Part shown: piece by piece, positions 1 to 9,801 of the stretch
Position numbering within the stretch: the stretch's first letter is position 1
How the letters are laid out: each line of letters opens with the position of its first letter
IMG/VR virus record: IMGVR_UViG_3300027770_001980
Location: 124,001-188,000 of that record
Length of the DNA: 64,000 nt
Reading direction: 5' to 3' (one strand)
Program-made: the position numbers and the translations under genes
Notes under the pieces: model-generated
What the model saw: the letters and a program-made list of their open reading frames with translations, nothing else
Database searches by the model: none
What the model was told of the DNA's origin: nothing

Positions 1-41
1 CTATAGCTAACAGGATTTAGTTCGATGTTTTTGTAAGGCAT
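1..41 (-). CDS. 5' end of a gene running off the window (MPYKNIELNPVSYS...); by position after gp5 possibly a gp25-like baseplate wedge protein
   Basis: ATG at 41-39, preceded 4 nt upstream by the late-promoter-like TAAATA (51-46, minus strand); open to the window edge. Product inferred from synteny only. Confidence 0.4.
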   Translation of the reverse strand, partial: MPYKNIELNPVSY

Positions 42-71
42 ATTATATTTATTAGAGTAAAAAATGTCTAA

Positions 72-2597
72 TTAATCAATCGCAGGTTTACGTTTTCCAG
101 GATTGTCTCCTCCTGTTTTAATAGGGTTACCATCTCGATCGGTAATGATACCACCGTTCCTATCTTTCCATACATTATCCGGCACAGGCTTGGCCGGGGT
201 AGGGCCGTTGAGTTGCCCTAAGAAGCATTCGTAATATCCACGTTTCTTACGATGTATATCTTCGGTACAAAATCCCACTGCTTTATATCCTTCTTCAAAA
301 TAATCCGATCCCGGATTAGTATTAAGTTTCTGTAAACGTGGATGAGATGTAAAATATAATACCGCAATTATTCCTGCATATTTAGGATCATTAACTGAAG
401 TTGGATTATCAAGCAATTCTGTATCAACTGTTGAGTGTCCTCCCATATATAATAATTTACTAAATTTAGCGTAGTTACCCCTACCGGTCAATTGAATATA
501 TCCACGCCCTATATATTTTCCACCATCTCCTGGTTGTGTATTTCCTAATCCTGCACCTTTCTTGGTATTATATCCATACAAAATTTCAGGTAGGCTATTA
601 TTAGGATTTCCTGCATACTGTTGTGCCAATGCCTGATCACCTTTGAATACACTTGGGAATACAGCTAACAATCTATCTGCCTTATAACTAAATCCTTCAG
701 TTACTGTTTTCCATCCGCTCTCTCCGCCGGCGATGGCTAATATAGTCGCCACCATATAAGGACTGGTTATGTTTAATTTTTTACAGGCTGCTTTGATATC
801 GGCAATACCATCTTGTGAGGATTTAGCATTGATATCTTTACCATAAACAATATCACAGGTATTAGGAAGCACATCGGGCTTATTAGCAGGCTCCCCTGTC
901 TGAGAAGCGGCAGAGGCTTCCGAAGGTGATACCCCAGCAGCAACACGGGGACTTGCAGGTACTTCCGGTGTAGCTGATTGTGCAGGTTGTGCAGGCACAG
1001 GTGGTGGACCCGGTTGTGCAGGTATTACCGGCCGAGCTGGTTTAGCTGGAATTGCTGGTGTATCTGCCGCAGTGACATCTGTAGCTGCTGGTGTAAATTG
1101 ATTAGGATTTATATTTTCATGCTGTGGCCAAGGTTCATGAGTTGGTACACGTTGCATAATGGATTTAATATCATCTGCTTTATAGAATACACCATTAGAC
1201 CATCCTTTACTAACCTGTCTGTTTGGTAGATTGAATATAGTTAACGGTGGTGGAATTTCAGCATTGTCAGCTACAGCTGGTGTACCTGCGATAGGTCCAT
1301 TTAGATGTATATTCGCACCTGTCGCTACAATATTTCCTGTTGCAGACAAATTGAGTTGAGAATTGGTACCAAGATTAACATTTTTTACTGCTGCAATATT
1401 TGTCGAGCCTTCTGAAGATAGTTTAGTATCTCTGTTGACATTTAAATTGTAATCGTTAGAAACTGATATCTTTACAGTATCACCTATTGTTTCATCGTGA
1501 GAACCCTTAACAACAATTTTTTGCTCTTTATCTACCAGCAAGAAATTATAGCCGTTTATGTTGGTTTCCATATTTTCGCCTGCCTTGACATGTATATGTC
1601 GACCTGCTTCAAAATTAATATCTCTATCAGCACGGAAATTAAAATCATTTTCAGAATGTATGCTGATACTATCTTTAGCATAGATATCAATTTTACCATT
1701 AGATGTTAGTTCTATCCATGCGGTGCCTTTACTATTTGCAATATATATTAAATCCTGACTATTGTGCATTAATATCTGATGACCTGTTCTGGTACGTATC
1801 CTAACCAATTCGTTCTGTCCATTAACATCTCCGTCATCCATGACAAATGTAGTTCCTCCCAATCTACTCACAGGGGCACTGGTTTTTCCTGGACTATCTT
1901 GATTACCTTCATTTGAGCTATATCCTATTTGACCACGTTTTGCACCAGAGCTGGTATCTAATGGGCCTGGTGTAGATATTCCAAATACCCCACTTGGAAC
2001 TTCTCTACGAGCACTACTGGATGTTACACCTCTAATAGTATCTAATAATAATCCCTGATTTAATAATCTATCAGCAAATGGGTGTATGGGTTTGCCCCAT
2101 CTTTCAGGGTTAGGATTTTTTAAATCTTTTGAACCTTTATGAAACTCTGCCACAGGTAGATAATCAGTTCCGTACTTTCTTCTCTGCTCATCAGTCATCT
2201 CAACTTGTTTACTGGCCGCAATACCGGGTATCATATGATTTTGGAAAATATCCGATATACATCCCATCCAGTATCCCTGATTAACATCTCCATCAATAAA
2301 GATAACCATCCCTCGTGTTCCGATATCCGGTGGCATCATCCACATACCGTAACTTTTTTGTACATCGTTGAAGTCGCTGCTATTAGTACCTTCAAATTTA
2401 AGTGCAGTTACACCCGAAAACGGACTGAGATATTTTACTCTATACGTTTCGCCCTGCTTTTCCTCATCGGAATCAACACCTTGCTTTATTGCAACTTCTA
2501 ACCCGCCCATATATGATGGGTCAAGGTGGTTGGTTATTACTGCTAAGAAAGGACCTGGGCTCGATAACGGGCCCGATGCTCTTGTTTCATCACTCAT
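72..2597 (-). CDS. gp5: Baseplate hub/central spike protein (gp5-like) with C-terminal GH19-family lysozyme/chitinase domain
   Basis: N-terminal OB-fold-type GPFLAVITNHLDPSYMGGLEV; beta-helix-type repeats (RIRTRTGHQILMH...DFNFRADRDINFEAG); Pro/Ala linker; GH19 signature YIGRGYIQLTGRGNY. Confidence 0.8.
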   Translation of the reverse strand: MSDETRASGPLSSPGPFLAVITNHLDPSYMGGLEVAIKQGVDSDEEKQGETYRVKYLSPFSGVTALKFEGTNSSDFNDVQKSYGMWMMPPDIGTRGMVIFIDGDVNQGYWMGCISDIFQNHMIPGIAASKQVEMTDEQRRKYGTDYLPVAEFHKGSKDLKNPNPERWGKPIHPFADRLLNQGLLLDTIRGVTSSSARREVPSGVFGISTPGPLDTSSGAKRGQIGYSSNEGNQDSPGKTSAPVSRLGGTTFVMDDGDVNGQNELVRIRTRTGHQILMHNSQDLIYIANSKGTAWIELTSNGKIDIYAKDSISIHSENDFNFRADRDINFEAGRHIHVKAGENMETNINGYNFLLVDKEQKIVVKGSHDETIGDTVKISVSNDYNLNVNRDTKLSSEGSTNIAAVKNVNLGTNSQLNLSATGNIVATGANIHLNGPIAGTPAVADNAEIPPPLTIFNLPNRQVSKGWSNGVFYKADDIKSIMQRVPTHEPWPQHENINPNQFTPAATDVTAADTPAIPAKPARPVIPAQPGPPPVPAQPAQSATPEVPASPRVAAGVSPSEASAASQTGEPANKPDVLPNTCDIVYGKDINAKSSQDGIADIKAACKKLNITSPYMVATILAIAGGESGWKTVTEGFSYKADRLLAVFPSVFKGDQALAQQYAGNPNNSLPEILYGYNTKKGAGLGNTQPGDGGKYIGRGYIQLTGRGNYAKFSKLLYMGGHSTVDTELLDNPTSVNDPKYAGIIAVLYFTSHPRLQKLNTNPGSDYFEEGYKAVGFCTEDIHRKKRGYYECFLGQLNGPTPAKPVPDNVWKDRNGGIITDRDGNPIKTGGDNPGKRKPAID

Positions 2598-2621
2598 GTT
2601 TATTATCCATAATTATTAATA

Positions 2622-5600
2622 TTAACCTTCACCCCAACCGTTATTATTTGGTAGCGGTGGTAATCCTAATCTTGCTCTAACTGCTGGGTTGGTTCCACTG
2701 TATGATAGTGCGGTTGGATCTTTACCAATCACCGACTCAACCGGGTTAGGTGTTGATAATGAGTTACTTCCAAATTTAGCAGCAACTGATCCCAACGAGC
2801 TTGCATCTGGTATTTTTACTTGTCCTGTTATATTGGATAATTGATCTTTGGCTGAATTTATTTTATCACTAATAGCACTTGTATCAATCGAATTTGTTAA
2901 TCCTTTAAGTTTATCAAACGGATTTAGACTTAGGTTAGATACCTGTTGTTTAGCCGATGCGATTAACTCACCCGGTACTACGTTAGTTGACAATTTACTA
3001 ATTGACGAGACCCCATATAAATCTGCAAGGGCTGCTGGACCACGCTGTTTAATAACAGACTTGGCATAATCAAGATCCACCTGAGGAGCAGGAGCGGTAC
3101 TATACGGAGGTGTAGCAGGTATGTTTTGTATTTTACTGGCAGATATATAATCTAATACTAATCCAGAATCTGCAGCTTGTTTTAAATTTACATTTGAAGG
3201 AACATTATCAATCATTTGTTTAACCTGACTTGGTAATTTACTTTGAAGTGCGCCACCTAATCCTGATAATTTTGAAGTATCTAATCCCACTTTAGCAGCA
3301 ATGCTACTTGGATCAGCCGGCAATGCACGTAAAGCATTTACCTTATCACCAATACCACCAACCAATCCAGCAGCTTCGGTTTTTATATTAGATAATTTAT
3401 CAAGTGCTGCGGCTCCAAATGACTTTGTATCAGTTATGTTACTAACACTGGCAGCTGGTAATTTTAAATTATCAACTGCACTGTCAATTGATACAGTAGC
3501 ACCCTTACCTATGCCTGATCCAATATTAGGTATATTGCGAGCTGACTCAATAGCAGAGCTTAATAGAGATCCACCTATTAATCCCACAGCCCTTTGTATA
3601 GGCAATCCACCGGTTAATACATTAGACGCTATTGTTAGATACGGAGAAGTAGGTGCAACTTTTTCTAATGATTGTTGTGTGTATATTTGTGTTAGCCCCG
3701 ACGACTGCAATCTTACATTTGATGCAATACTATCAGGCGTCTGTAATCTAATATCCGATGTAACATTACCCACATCGGGTAAAGACTGACCTACTATAGA
3801 AGATGCAGATATAGGACTATCAATATTAGCAACTGCTCCCATAGTCTGATTTAATAAAGAAGGATTAGTCATACCGGTTCCGTATCCACCACTACCGGCT
3901 GCAACAGCACTATTTAGAGATTCTATTTCCCCTATTGTCATTCCTGATTCAGATTCTATAGTTCCACCTAATCCACCGGTAGCATCAGTGAAGTTTGTAT
4001 CAATGTCAGGAAGTCCCCTACCTAACTGTTCTGCCAATGTATTTGAATCTGCCCTTTGTGATGGGCTTAGTGCTCGAGTTTGATTGGGTACTACTTGGTC
4101 TTCTGGTTTTGGGGTAGACGATCTTAGATCGGCAGGATCACTGTCTCGAAGGTTAGAATCCAATACCTGACCCGGCATTCTCATTATATCTAACTTTTGA
4201 GAAAATACACCATCTTTGAATGTGCTGGTTACTTCATTAACTTGATATACTCCACTAAATGGTACTCGATTTCCATCAAAATTAAGCATTCCGCCATCTT
4301 CGAAACTATTATAATCAATAGGATTTCTAAAATTAATAGTGACTAATACAGAACCATATGTATGATCCACTTCTCCATCATCTGTAGTTCCGCGGGGGGC
4401 TTTTTCTTTTTTTGGTCTGTAATTTCCTATACCGCCTGTGGCAAGATAAAACGGATCTCCTAATATTTGCATCTCTCCAGTTACCATACTGGCTTTAGAA
4501 TTAATGACAGATTCGTGCATTTGTCTTGCCATGACACTATAAGGATCACTTTGTGGTTGTGCTGCCACTCCACCTGTGTAATTTTTTATAGTGGTAACTT
4601 CTACCTTAACGGGAGGTTTTGGCATTTCTGTTGCCGTCTTCGCTGGCGCCCTTGACTTATAGGCGGCCATATTTTCATCCTGTTCCTTAGTATTACTTTT
4701 TATCTCAACATTATTTGCAGGAGCTGCCCCGTCAATTGCACCTTTAGCGGTTTTATTACCCATATCAGCAGGTACTGCTTCAAAAAACAAAGTATTAAAA
4801 TTTAATTTAAAACTTAATACATCTGTATTCTGTCCTGTATAGATATAATTATATGTCCTGGTACTTGATTTTTTTAAGGTCTCTTCTTTTATATCCATTT
4901 GAGAATAACCAGGGATACGAGTATAATGAACCTTGTAAGGAACAACTAAAAATTTAAAGTGTTGATAATATTTTTTCGTGTCGGAGTTTTTTTCTTTTTT
5001 ATTTGTTGTTTCAACATTTATTATAAAATACTCAATAAAACCAAATTGATCAGGAATATTAGGATTTTTCTTTTTAGCGACAGATTCAATTATATCTTTA
5101 ACATATTCACTATCTTTAATAACAGATGTGATAGCATCATTAATTTTTAAACCTTGTGGAAAATTAACTACTGTTTTTCCAGGTATATATTTTATACTCT
5201 CGGGTTTCTTTGCTTGATCAGCAGGGGTTGGCTTTTCTGCTTTATCTGATTGATATCCATTTGGCTTTTTAGTATCTCCGGGCTCCGGCATTGAATATAA
5301 AATATTATCTTGAAGTATCTGATTTAATTTTTTATTTTTAATGGCTAAATTGGGAGGATTATCAACCAACTCTCCTTTTGCATTTCTACTTGGAAATACT
5401 ATCTCGTAGGTATCATAATCTTTTGGTTTTTCTTTTTTACTTTTATCATCTGATTCTTTTACCTGTTGATTCATGTTGGCAATGAAATTGTTTAAAATTT
5501 CTCCAATGGTGCTACCTTCCATCTTAATAGGTTTCTTAACTTCGGCAGGTTTTCCAAACGCCCTATCAGTTGATGCTGTAGCCTCACATTTATACCTTGT

Positions 5601-6530
5601 TCCCCTTTCAGTAACATCTACATCGATGTTAGTAAGCATTATAGGAAAATATCTTGTTGAATCTTCAATTTCCATTGGTTCTGGCAAATCCTCATCATCA
5701 GGATATCCGTAAAATTGCATCTTAAGTAGTAGACAACAATCTAAATAACTCTCATAACCTGCGGCAATGGCTGCGACATACAATGCTTCAATAAATCCAT
5801 TCATACTATAAGGTTCAATTACCTCAAATGTCATAGTAGTAGGGGTAGTAGAATTACTTTTATCATCAGATGTCATTATGGTGCCAATAGTGACATCGTT
5901 TATATACATATCAAATCTACCAGGACTTTTAGCGTTGAATCCTTCTACGATGTCCTTGGCACCGTAATCCATTTTTTTAATATCTTGTTTTACTGTTTTG
6001 TTAATCTTTTGAAAATTATCTCGGCCGACTCTTTTGCGTTCTGTAACGGTGACTTCTTTTTGCCCAACAACCCGCTCAATTGGTATAACATCTGTTGTTA
6101 TACCTGTATATCCTTTACCACCGGATTTTAATATGGTGTATTTTAATTCTGCATCTCGATATGCTTCTGGTTGACTGGCCTCGTCTTTTTCCAGCATGGC
6201 TAAAGTGAAGTTATAGGTTACCGACCTATAACCATTTAATACATTGTTTTTACCCGATGATACTACTTCCTGCTCAGATAGAGCATCAAAGCTATCATTG
6301 TTTTTTTTCTCAACGTTTTCAGAACCTTTAAATCCTTGTTTTGATTGTCTTGCTAATCTTGCAGATTCAGCATCCGATTCATTTTCTGCAGGGGCGGTGG
6401 TTCCACCAAGCCATGTAGGAAGGAGAGAAGAAATTTTCCATCCTTGATCTTTATTATAGTTAGCTGCCGAAGGACCTGCTGGATTCTTCTTGGCTTCAGC
6501 TGGAGTTTTTCCTGCAAAACCTACCGCCAT
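2622..6530 (-). CDS. Large baseplate hub/tail-associated structural protein (1302 aa) with low-complexity S/A/G/L-rich C-terminal half
   Basis: Long ORF with SD AGGAG; sits between gp53-like and gp5-like genes; hub-like motif GEMQILGDPFYL. Confidence 0.6.
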   Translation of the reverse strand: MAVGFAGKTPAEAKKNPAGPSAANYNKDQGWKISSLLPTWLGGTTAPAENESDAESARLARQSKQGFKGSENVEKKNNDSFDALSEQEVVSSGKNNVLNGYRSVTYNFTLAMLEKDEASQPEAYRDAELKYTILKSGGKGYTGITTDVIPIERVVGQKEVTVTERKRVGRDNFQKINKTVKQDIKKMDYGAKDIVEGFNAKSPGRFDMYINDVTIGTIMTSDDKSNSTTPTTMTFEVIEPYSMNGFIEALYVAAIAAGYESYLDCCLLLKMQFYGYPDDEDLPEPMEIEDSTRYFPIMLTNIDVDVTERGTRYKCEATASTDRAFGKPAEVKKPIKMEGSTIGEILNNFIANMNQQVKESDDKSKKEKPKDYDTYEIVFPSRNAKGELVDNPPNLAIKNKKLNQILQDNILYSMPEPGDTKKPNGYQSDKAEKPTPADQAKKPESIKYIPGKTVVNFPQGLKINDAITSVIKDSEYVKDIIESVAKKKNPNIPDQFGFIEYFIINVETTNKKEKNSDTKKYYQHFKFLVVPYKVHYTRIPGYSQMDIKEETLKKSSTRTYNYIYTGQNTDVLSFKLNFNTLFFEAVPADMGNKTAKGAIDGAAPANNVEIKSNTKEQDENMAAYKSRAPAKTATEMPKPPVKVEVTTIKNYTGGVAAQPQSDPYSVMARQMHESVINSKASMVTGEMQILGDPFYLATGGIGNYRPKKEKAPRGTTDDGEVDHTYGSVLVTINFRNPIDYNSFEDGGMLNFDGNRVPFSGVYQVNEVTSTFKDGVFSQKLDIMRMPGQVLDSNLRDSDPADLRSSTPKPEDQVVPNQTRALSPSQRADSNTLAEQLGRGLPDIDTNFTDATGGLGGTIESESGMTIGEIESLNSAVAAGSGGYGTGMTNPSLLNQTMGAVANIDSPISASSIVGQSLPDVGNVTSDIRLQTPDSIASNVRLQSSGLTQIYTQQSLEKVAPTSPYLTIASNVLTGGLPIQRAVGLIGGSLLSSAIESARNIPNIGSGIGKGATVSIDSAVDNLKLPAASVSNITDTKSFGAAALDKLSNIKTEAAGLVGGIGDKVNALRALPADPSSIAAKVGLDTSKLSGLGGALQSKLPSQVKQMIDNVPSNVNLKQAADSGLVLDYISASKIQNIPATPPYSTAPAPQVDLDYAKSVIKQRGPAALADLYGVSSISKLSTNVVPGELIASAKQQVSNLSLNPFDKLKGLTNSIDTSAISDKINSAKDQLSNITGQVKIPDASSLGSVAAKFGSNSLSTPNPVESVIGKDPTALSYSGTNPAVRARLGLPPLPNNNGWGEG

Positions 6531-6531
6531 A

Positions 6532-6825
6532 TTATACTCCTAACACAGTTGTAAGGGTCGACTGCTTGGGTAGATATATTTTTATTCCGGGTTTTAAATC
6601 AAATATAGGATCTTTTATAATACTTTTATTGCGGACTGCAAACACCCACCAAAGATGAGGATCTTTATATAGATCATATGCCAATAGATCTGGTCTGTTT
6701 TCATATGTAGGTGTTACTTGAAATAATATATCATCTCTTAAGGCCGGAATATCTCGAAGAGCCATTACACTAAGATAACCGTTGACTATGTCAGTCTTGA
6801 AATACGGACTTGATTTGGTATACAT
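6532..6825 (-). CDS. gp53: Baseplate wedge protein, gp53/LysM-like
   Basis: Motif RPDLLAYDLYKDPHLWWVFAVRN typical of the gp53 family; baseplate context. Confidence 0.7.
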   Translation of the reverse strand: MYTKSSPYFKTDIVNGYLSVMALRDIPALRDDILFQVTPTYENRPDLLAYDLYKDPHLWWVFAVRNKSIIKDPIFDLKPGIKIYLPKQSTLTTVLGV

Positions 6826-7709
6826 TATAGATATCCCTTTCCTTGATACATTGCATATTTTACAAAAGTATCAACTGAGAACTGTTGCATCTCATCTCTA
6901 CTATACATCGGTAAACAAACAATTTGTATGGTTGATATTGTTGGTACTGTATTTGTTTCTCCAAAGCCGTTATAACTAAAATAATCTATATTATCAGGCA
7001 ATTCAACCCTAAAATCCTTAATAACTACAGGAACATTTGATATCATAGCATCACCATATGCACTTAATCGACATACAGGTGGAGTTGATCCACTATCTAT
7101 GTCACCTGTTAATGCTCCACCGGAACGCATTCTCATTAATGATTTTATTAAAAGAACTGTTGAAAGATATGTGTGAGCATCGGCTCCGTTTTCTACTGTA
7201 AACTTTCCTGAAATACTGATTTCACTCAAACTACTATTTTTATAAAAATTTTGAGCAAAATTTGTATGTATAGGTGTTTGTGTTGTATATTCTGCTTTAT
7301 ATGAGTAACTTATACTTGGAGTATAAGGAAAAATAATTCCTCCAGCATCTTGTAGATGAAAACTATTTGATGAGATCTTTGCACCTCTGGTCATTCTTGT
7401 TAAATATTTTGGTGGAACACGTATAATCACACGTTGATCGGGTTTTCTAATATTGCCGTTTATATCTACAAACTCAACAACAGTTTGTTGAGCTTCTGGT
7501 GGTTCTGCTCCAGGCGGCAGTTCTGCTCGACCGGTTATAAATTCTTCGTTATCATTAAGAGTTACTGGATCATCAACTGTATACGGTGTTCTATCTTCTT
7601 CAATAACCGGGGGCGGAGGTGGCTCCGGTGTTGGTACAGCCGCAGGCGGCGACCACTCTCTTTCGGTTTGTTTCATTCCAAAACCAAATCCACCATTTGT
7701 ATATGCCAT
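6825..7709 (-). CDS. Baseplate/tail-tube initiator-like protein (gp48/gp54-type fold suspected)
   Basis: GGIIFPYTPSISYSY...EISISGKFTVEN pattern; TAAATA and GAGG upstream; operon with gp53-like gene. Confidence 0.5.
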   Translation of the reverse strand: MAYTNGGFGFGMKQTEREWSPPAAVPTPEPPPPPVIEEDRTPYTVDDPVTLNDNEEFITGRAELPPGAEPPEAQQTVVEFVDINGNIRKPDQRVIIRVPPKYLTRMTRGAKISSNSFHLQDAGGIIFPYTPSISYSYKAEYTTQTPIHTNFAQNFYKNSSLSEISISGKFTVENGADAHTYLSTVLLIKSLMRMRSGGALTGDIDSGSTPPVCRLSAYGDAMISNVPVVIKDFRVELPDNIDYFSYNGFGETNTVPTISTIQIVCLPMYSRDEMQQFSVDTFVKYAMYQGKGYL

Positions 7710-7732
7710 AATCTATAATTCCTCGTATAGTT

Positions 7733-7749
7733 TATTTAACCAATAAATA
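7733..7749. promoter_or_regulatory. Back-to-back late-promoter boxes (TAAATA on minus 7738-7733; TAAATA on plus 7744-7749)
   Basis: Same hexamer found upstream of most structural genes; matches the core of the T4 late promoter TATAAATA. Confidence 0.6.
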
Positions 7750-7772
7750 AAGTGCTCTTATAACATTAATGG

Positions 7773-7800
7773 TTGACATACGGTTTAACTATGTTAAAAT
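7773..7800 (+). promoter_or_regulatory. Sigma70-type promoter for the late sigma factor gene
   Basis: TTGACA (7773-7778), 16 nt spacer, TGn-TAAAAT (7795-7800). Confidence 0.7.
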
Positions 7801-7830
7801 GTTATACATCAAAGGAGATCAATAATAATA

Positions 7831-8742
7831 ATGACTACCCACATATCCCCTACTGGGAAAAAAGTAAAATACCTAAACAATCGCGATTTATTGACAGAGA
7901 TACACAGAAGTAAATGCTCATTTGGTAGTTTTACAGATCCAAAATATCAACAACACGACATCATATTAACAAATTTGGATAAAGTTAATATTAGAACCGT
8001 AGCCGAAGCCAAACGTAATAGAGCGAAACGAGAAGGTATATTGGCGTTTGGTGCAGCCAGAATAGCAGGCGATAAAAAAATCAAACTTGCAGAATGCACA
8101 GCAGACTATAAAACCATAGCTAAAACCGATATTGTGATACGTATTATGACTTTTGATCACATACCCATGGCACCGGGACGTAAAAAAACACTAAAGAATA
8201 CAGCCGATAGTCATGAGAAAGTTAACTTTCCTCCTTATCAACATTGGAAGTTTAACGACGAAGATGAATTGATCTGCGTAGGTAAGAGCCACTGGAAAGG
8301 CCCAATCGAAACTGGCAAATTTAGCAAAGATCATGGACGCATTACTGAGAACTTGGGCAGGATGTTTATTAAATTAAGTGAACGATATGCACAAAGAAGC
8401 AACTGGCGGGGGTATACTTACAATGAAGAAATGCGGGGACAGGCGATCCTACAATTAAGTCAAATTGGACTACAGTTTGACGAGAGCAAATCAGAGAACC
8501 CATTTGCATACTACACCGCAGCAGTCACTAACTCATTTACTCGTGTTCTAAATATTGAAAAGAAAAATCAAAACATTCGAGATGACATGTTGGAAGAAGC
8601 CGGATTGACTCCAAGTATGACTCGACAGTATAAACAAGAGTATGCTGAAGAAACTGCTCGTCAAGCAGAACTATACAAACACTTTAGGCAACCTAAATCA
8701 GAAGAAACAAGCATTGAGGAAGATGAGCAAACTGATGTTTGA
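7831..8742 (+). CDS. gp55: Late-transcription sigma factor, T4 gp55-like, with a long internal insertion
   Basis: YLNNRDLL at the N-terminus; NWRGYTYNEEM and SENPFAYYT...SFTRVLNIEKK match gp55-family motifs; adjacent to gp47/gp46 as in T4. Confidence 0.85.
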   Translation: MTTHISPTGKKVKYLNNRDLLTEIHRSKCSFGSFTDPKYQQHDIILTNLDKVNIRTVAEAKRNRAKREGILAFGAARIAGDKKIKLAECTADYKTIAKTDIVIRIMTFDHIPMAPGRKKTLKNTADSHEKVNFPPYQHWKFNDEDELICVGKSHWKGPIETGKFSKDHGRITENLGRMFIKLSERYAQRSNWRGYTYNEEMRGQAILQLSQIGLQFDESKSENPFAYYTAAVTNSFTRVLNIEKKNQNIRDDMLEEAGLTPSMTRQYKQEYAEETARQAELYKHFRQPKSEETSIEEDEQTDV

Positions 8743-8767
8743 CTTTTATATACAGAGTGTGTAAACT
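8739..8767 (+). promoter_or_regulatory. Sigma70-type promoter for gp47/gp46
   Basis: TTGACT (8739-8744), 17 nt spacer, TAAACT (8762-8767). Confidence 0.55.
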
Positions 8768-8787
8768 CGTAGGTAGGAGAATATTTA

Positions 8788-9801
8788 ATGGCATTGTTTA
8801 AAAAAGTAGCAGTATTTACGGATCTTCATGTGGGACTAAAAAGCAATTCCGCAACACATTTGAGAGATTGTGAAGAATTTGTAGATTGGTTTATCGACGA
8901 GGCTAAAAAATCCAATTGCGAAACTTGTATATTCATGGGTGACTGGAGTCACAATCGTAATAGTCTAAACTTATTCACCCTTAATACTTCATTAAGTTTG
9001 TTAGAAAAACTAGGAGCAGCATTTGAACAGTTCTTCTGGTTCCCAGGTAACCACGATCTGTTCTATAAAGACAAGCGTGACATTCATTCGAGTGCCTTTG
9101 GTCGGCACATTCCAGGCGTCACTGTTGTAGACAGTATATGGACCCGGGATGATGTCACACTTGTACCTTGGCTAATAGGCGATGAGTGGAAGTCTATGAA
9201 AGACATTAAGAGCAAATATGTATTTGGCCACTTTGAATTACCCAAGTTTTTTATGAACGCCATGGTACAAATGCCCGATCACGGTGAACTCAGAGCAGAA
9301 GACTTCGACGGGCCTGACTATATATTCAGCGGGCACTTCCATAAACGACAAGAAAACAACAAGGTGATCTACATCGGTAATGCATTTCCACATAACTTCT
9401 CAGATACATGGGACGACAAGCGTGGTATGATGACGTTAGAGTGGGGTGGTGAACCTACTTTTATTGATTGGCCCGACTGCCCTAAGTATAGAACTGTTAA
9501 ACTCAGTGACTTGATTGATAAAGCCGACTCAATTATGAAGTCAAAGATGCACATCAAAGTAAATCTGGACATTGATATCAGTTACGAAGAAGCAAACTTC
9601 ATCAAAGAAACATTTATCCGCGATTACGATATCCGTGAGATTAGTCTAATCCAAGATAAAACCAATATGGATGGAACAATTGATGACAACCCAGATGCAC
9701 ACTTTGAAAGTGTTGATCAGATTGTGACAGAACAATTGATCAATATCGAATCAGAACAGTTTGACAAATCAACCCTATTAGAAATTTACAATAATCTATA
9801 A
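8788..9801 (+). CDS. gp47: Recombination endonuclease subunit, Mre11/SbcD-like
   Basis: Metallophosphoesterase motifs DLH, GD, GNHD, GHFH; SD AGGAG. Confidence 0.92.
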   Translation: MALFKKVAVFTDLHVGLKSNSATHLRDCEEFVDWFIDEAKKSNCETCIFMGDWSHNRNSLNLFTLNTSLSLLEKLGAAFEQFFWFPGNHDLFYKDKRDIHSSAFGRHIPGVTVVDSIWTRDDVTLVPWLIGDEWKSMKDIKSKYVFGHFELPKFFMNAMVQMPDHGELRAEDFDGPDYIFSGHFHKRQENNKVIYIGNAFPHNFSDTWDDKRGMMTLEWGGEPTFIDWPDCPKYRTVKLSDLIDKADSIMKSKMHIKVNLDIDISYEEANFIKETFIRDYDIREISLIQDKTNMDGTIDDNPDAHFESVDQIVTEQLINIESEQFDKSTLLEIYNNL

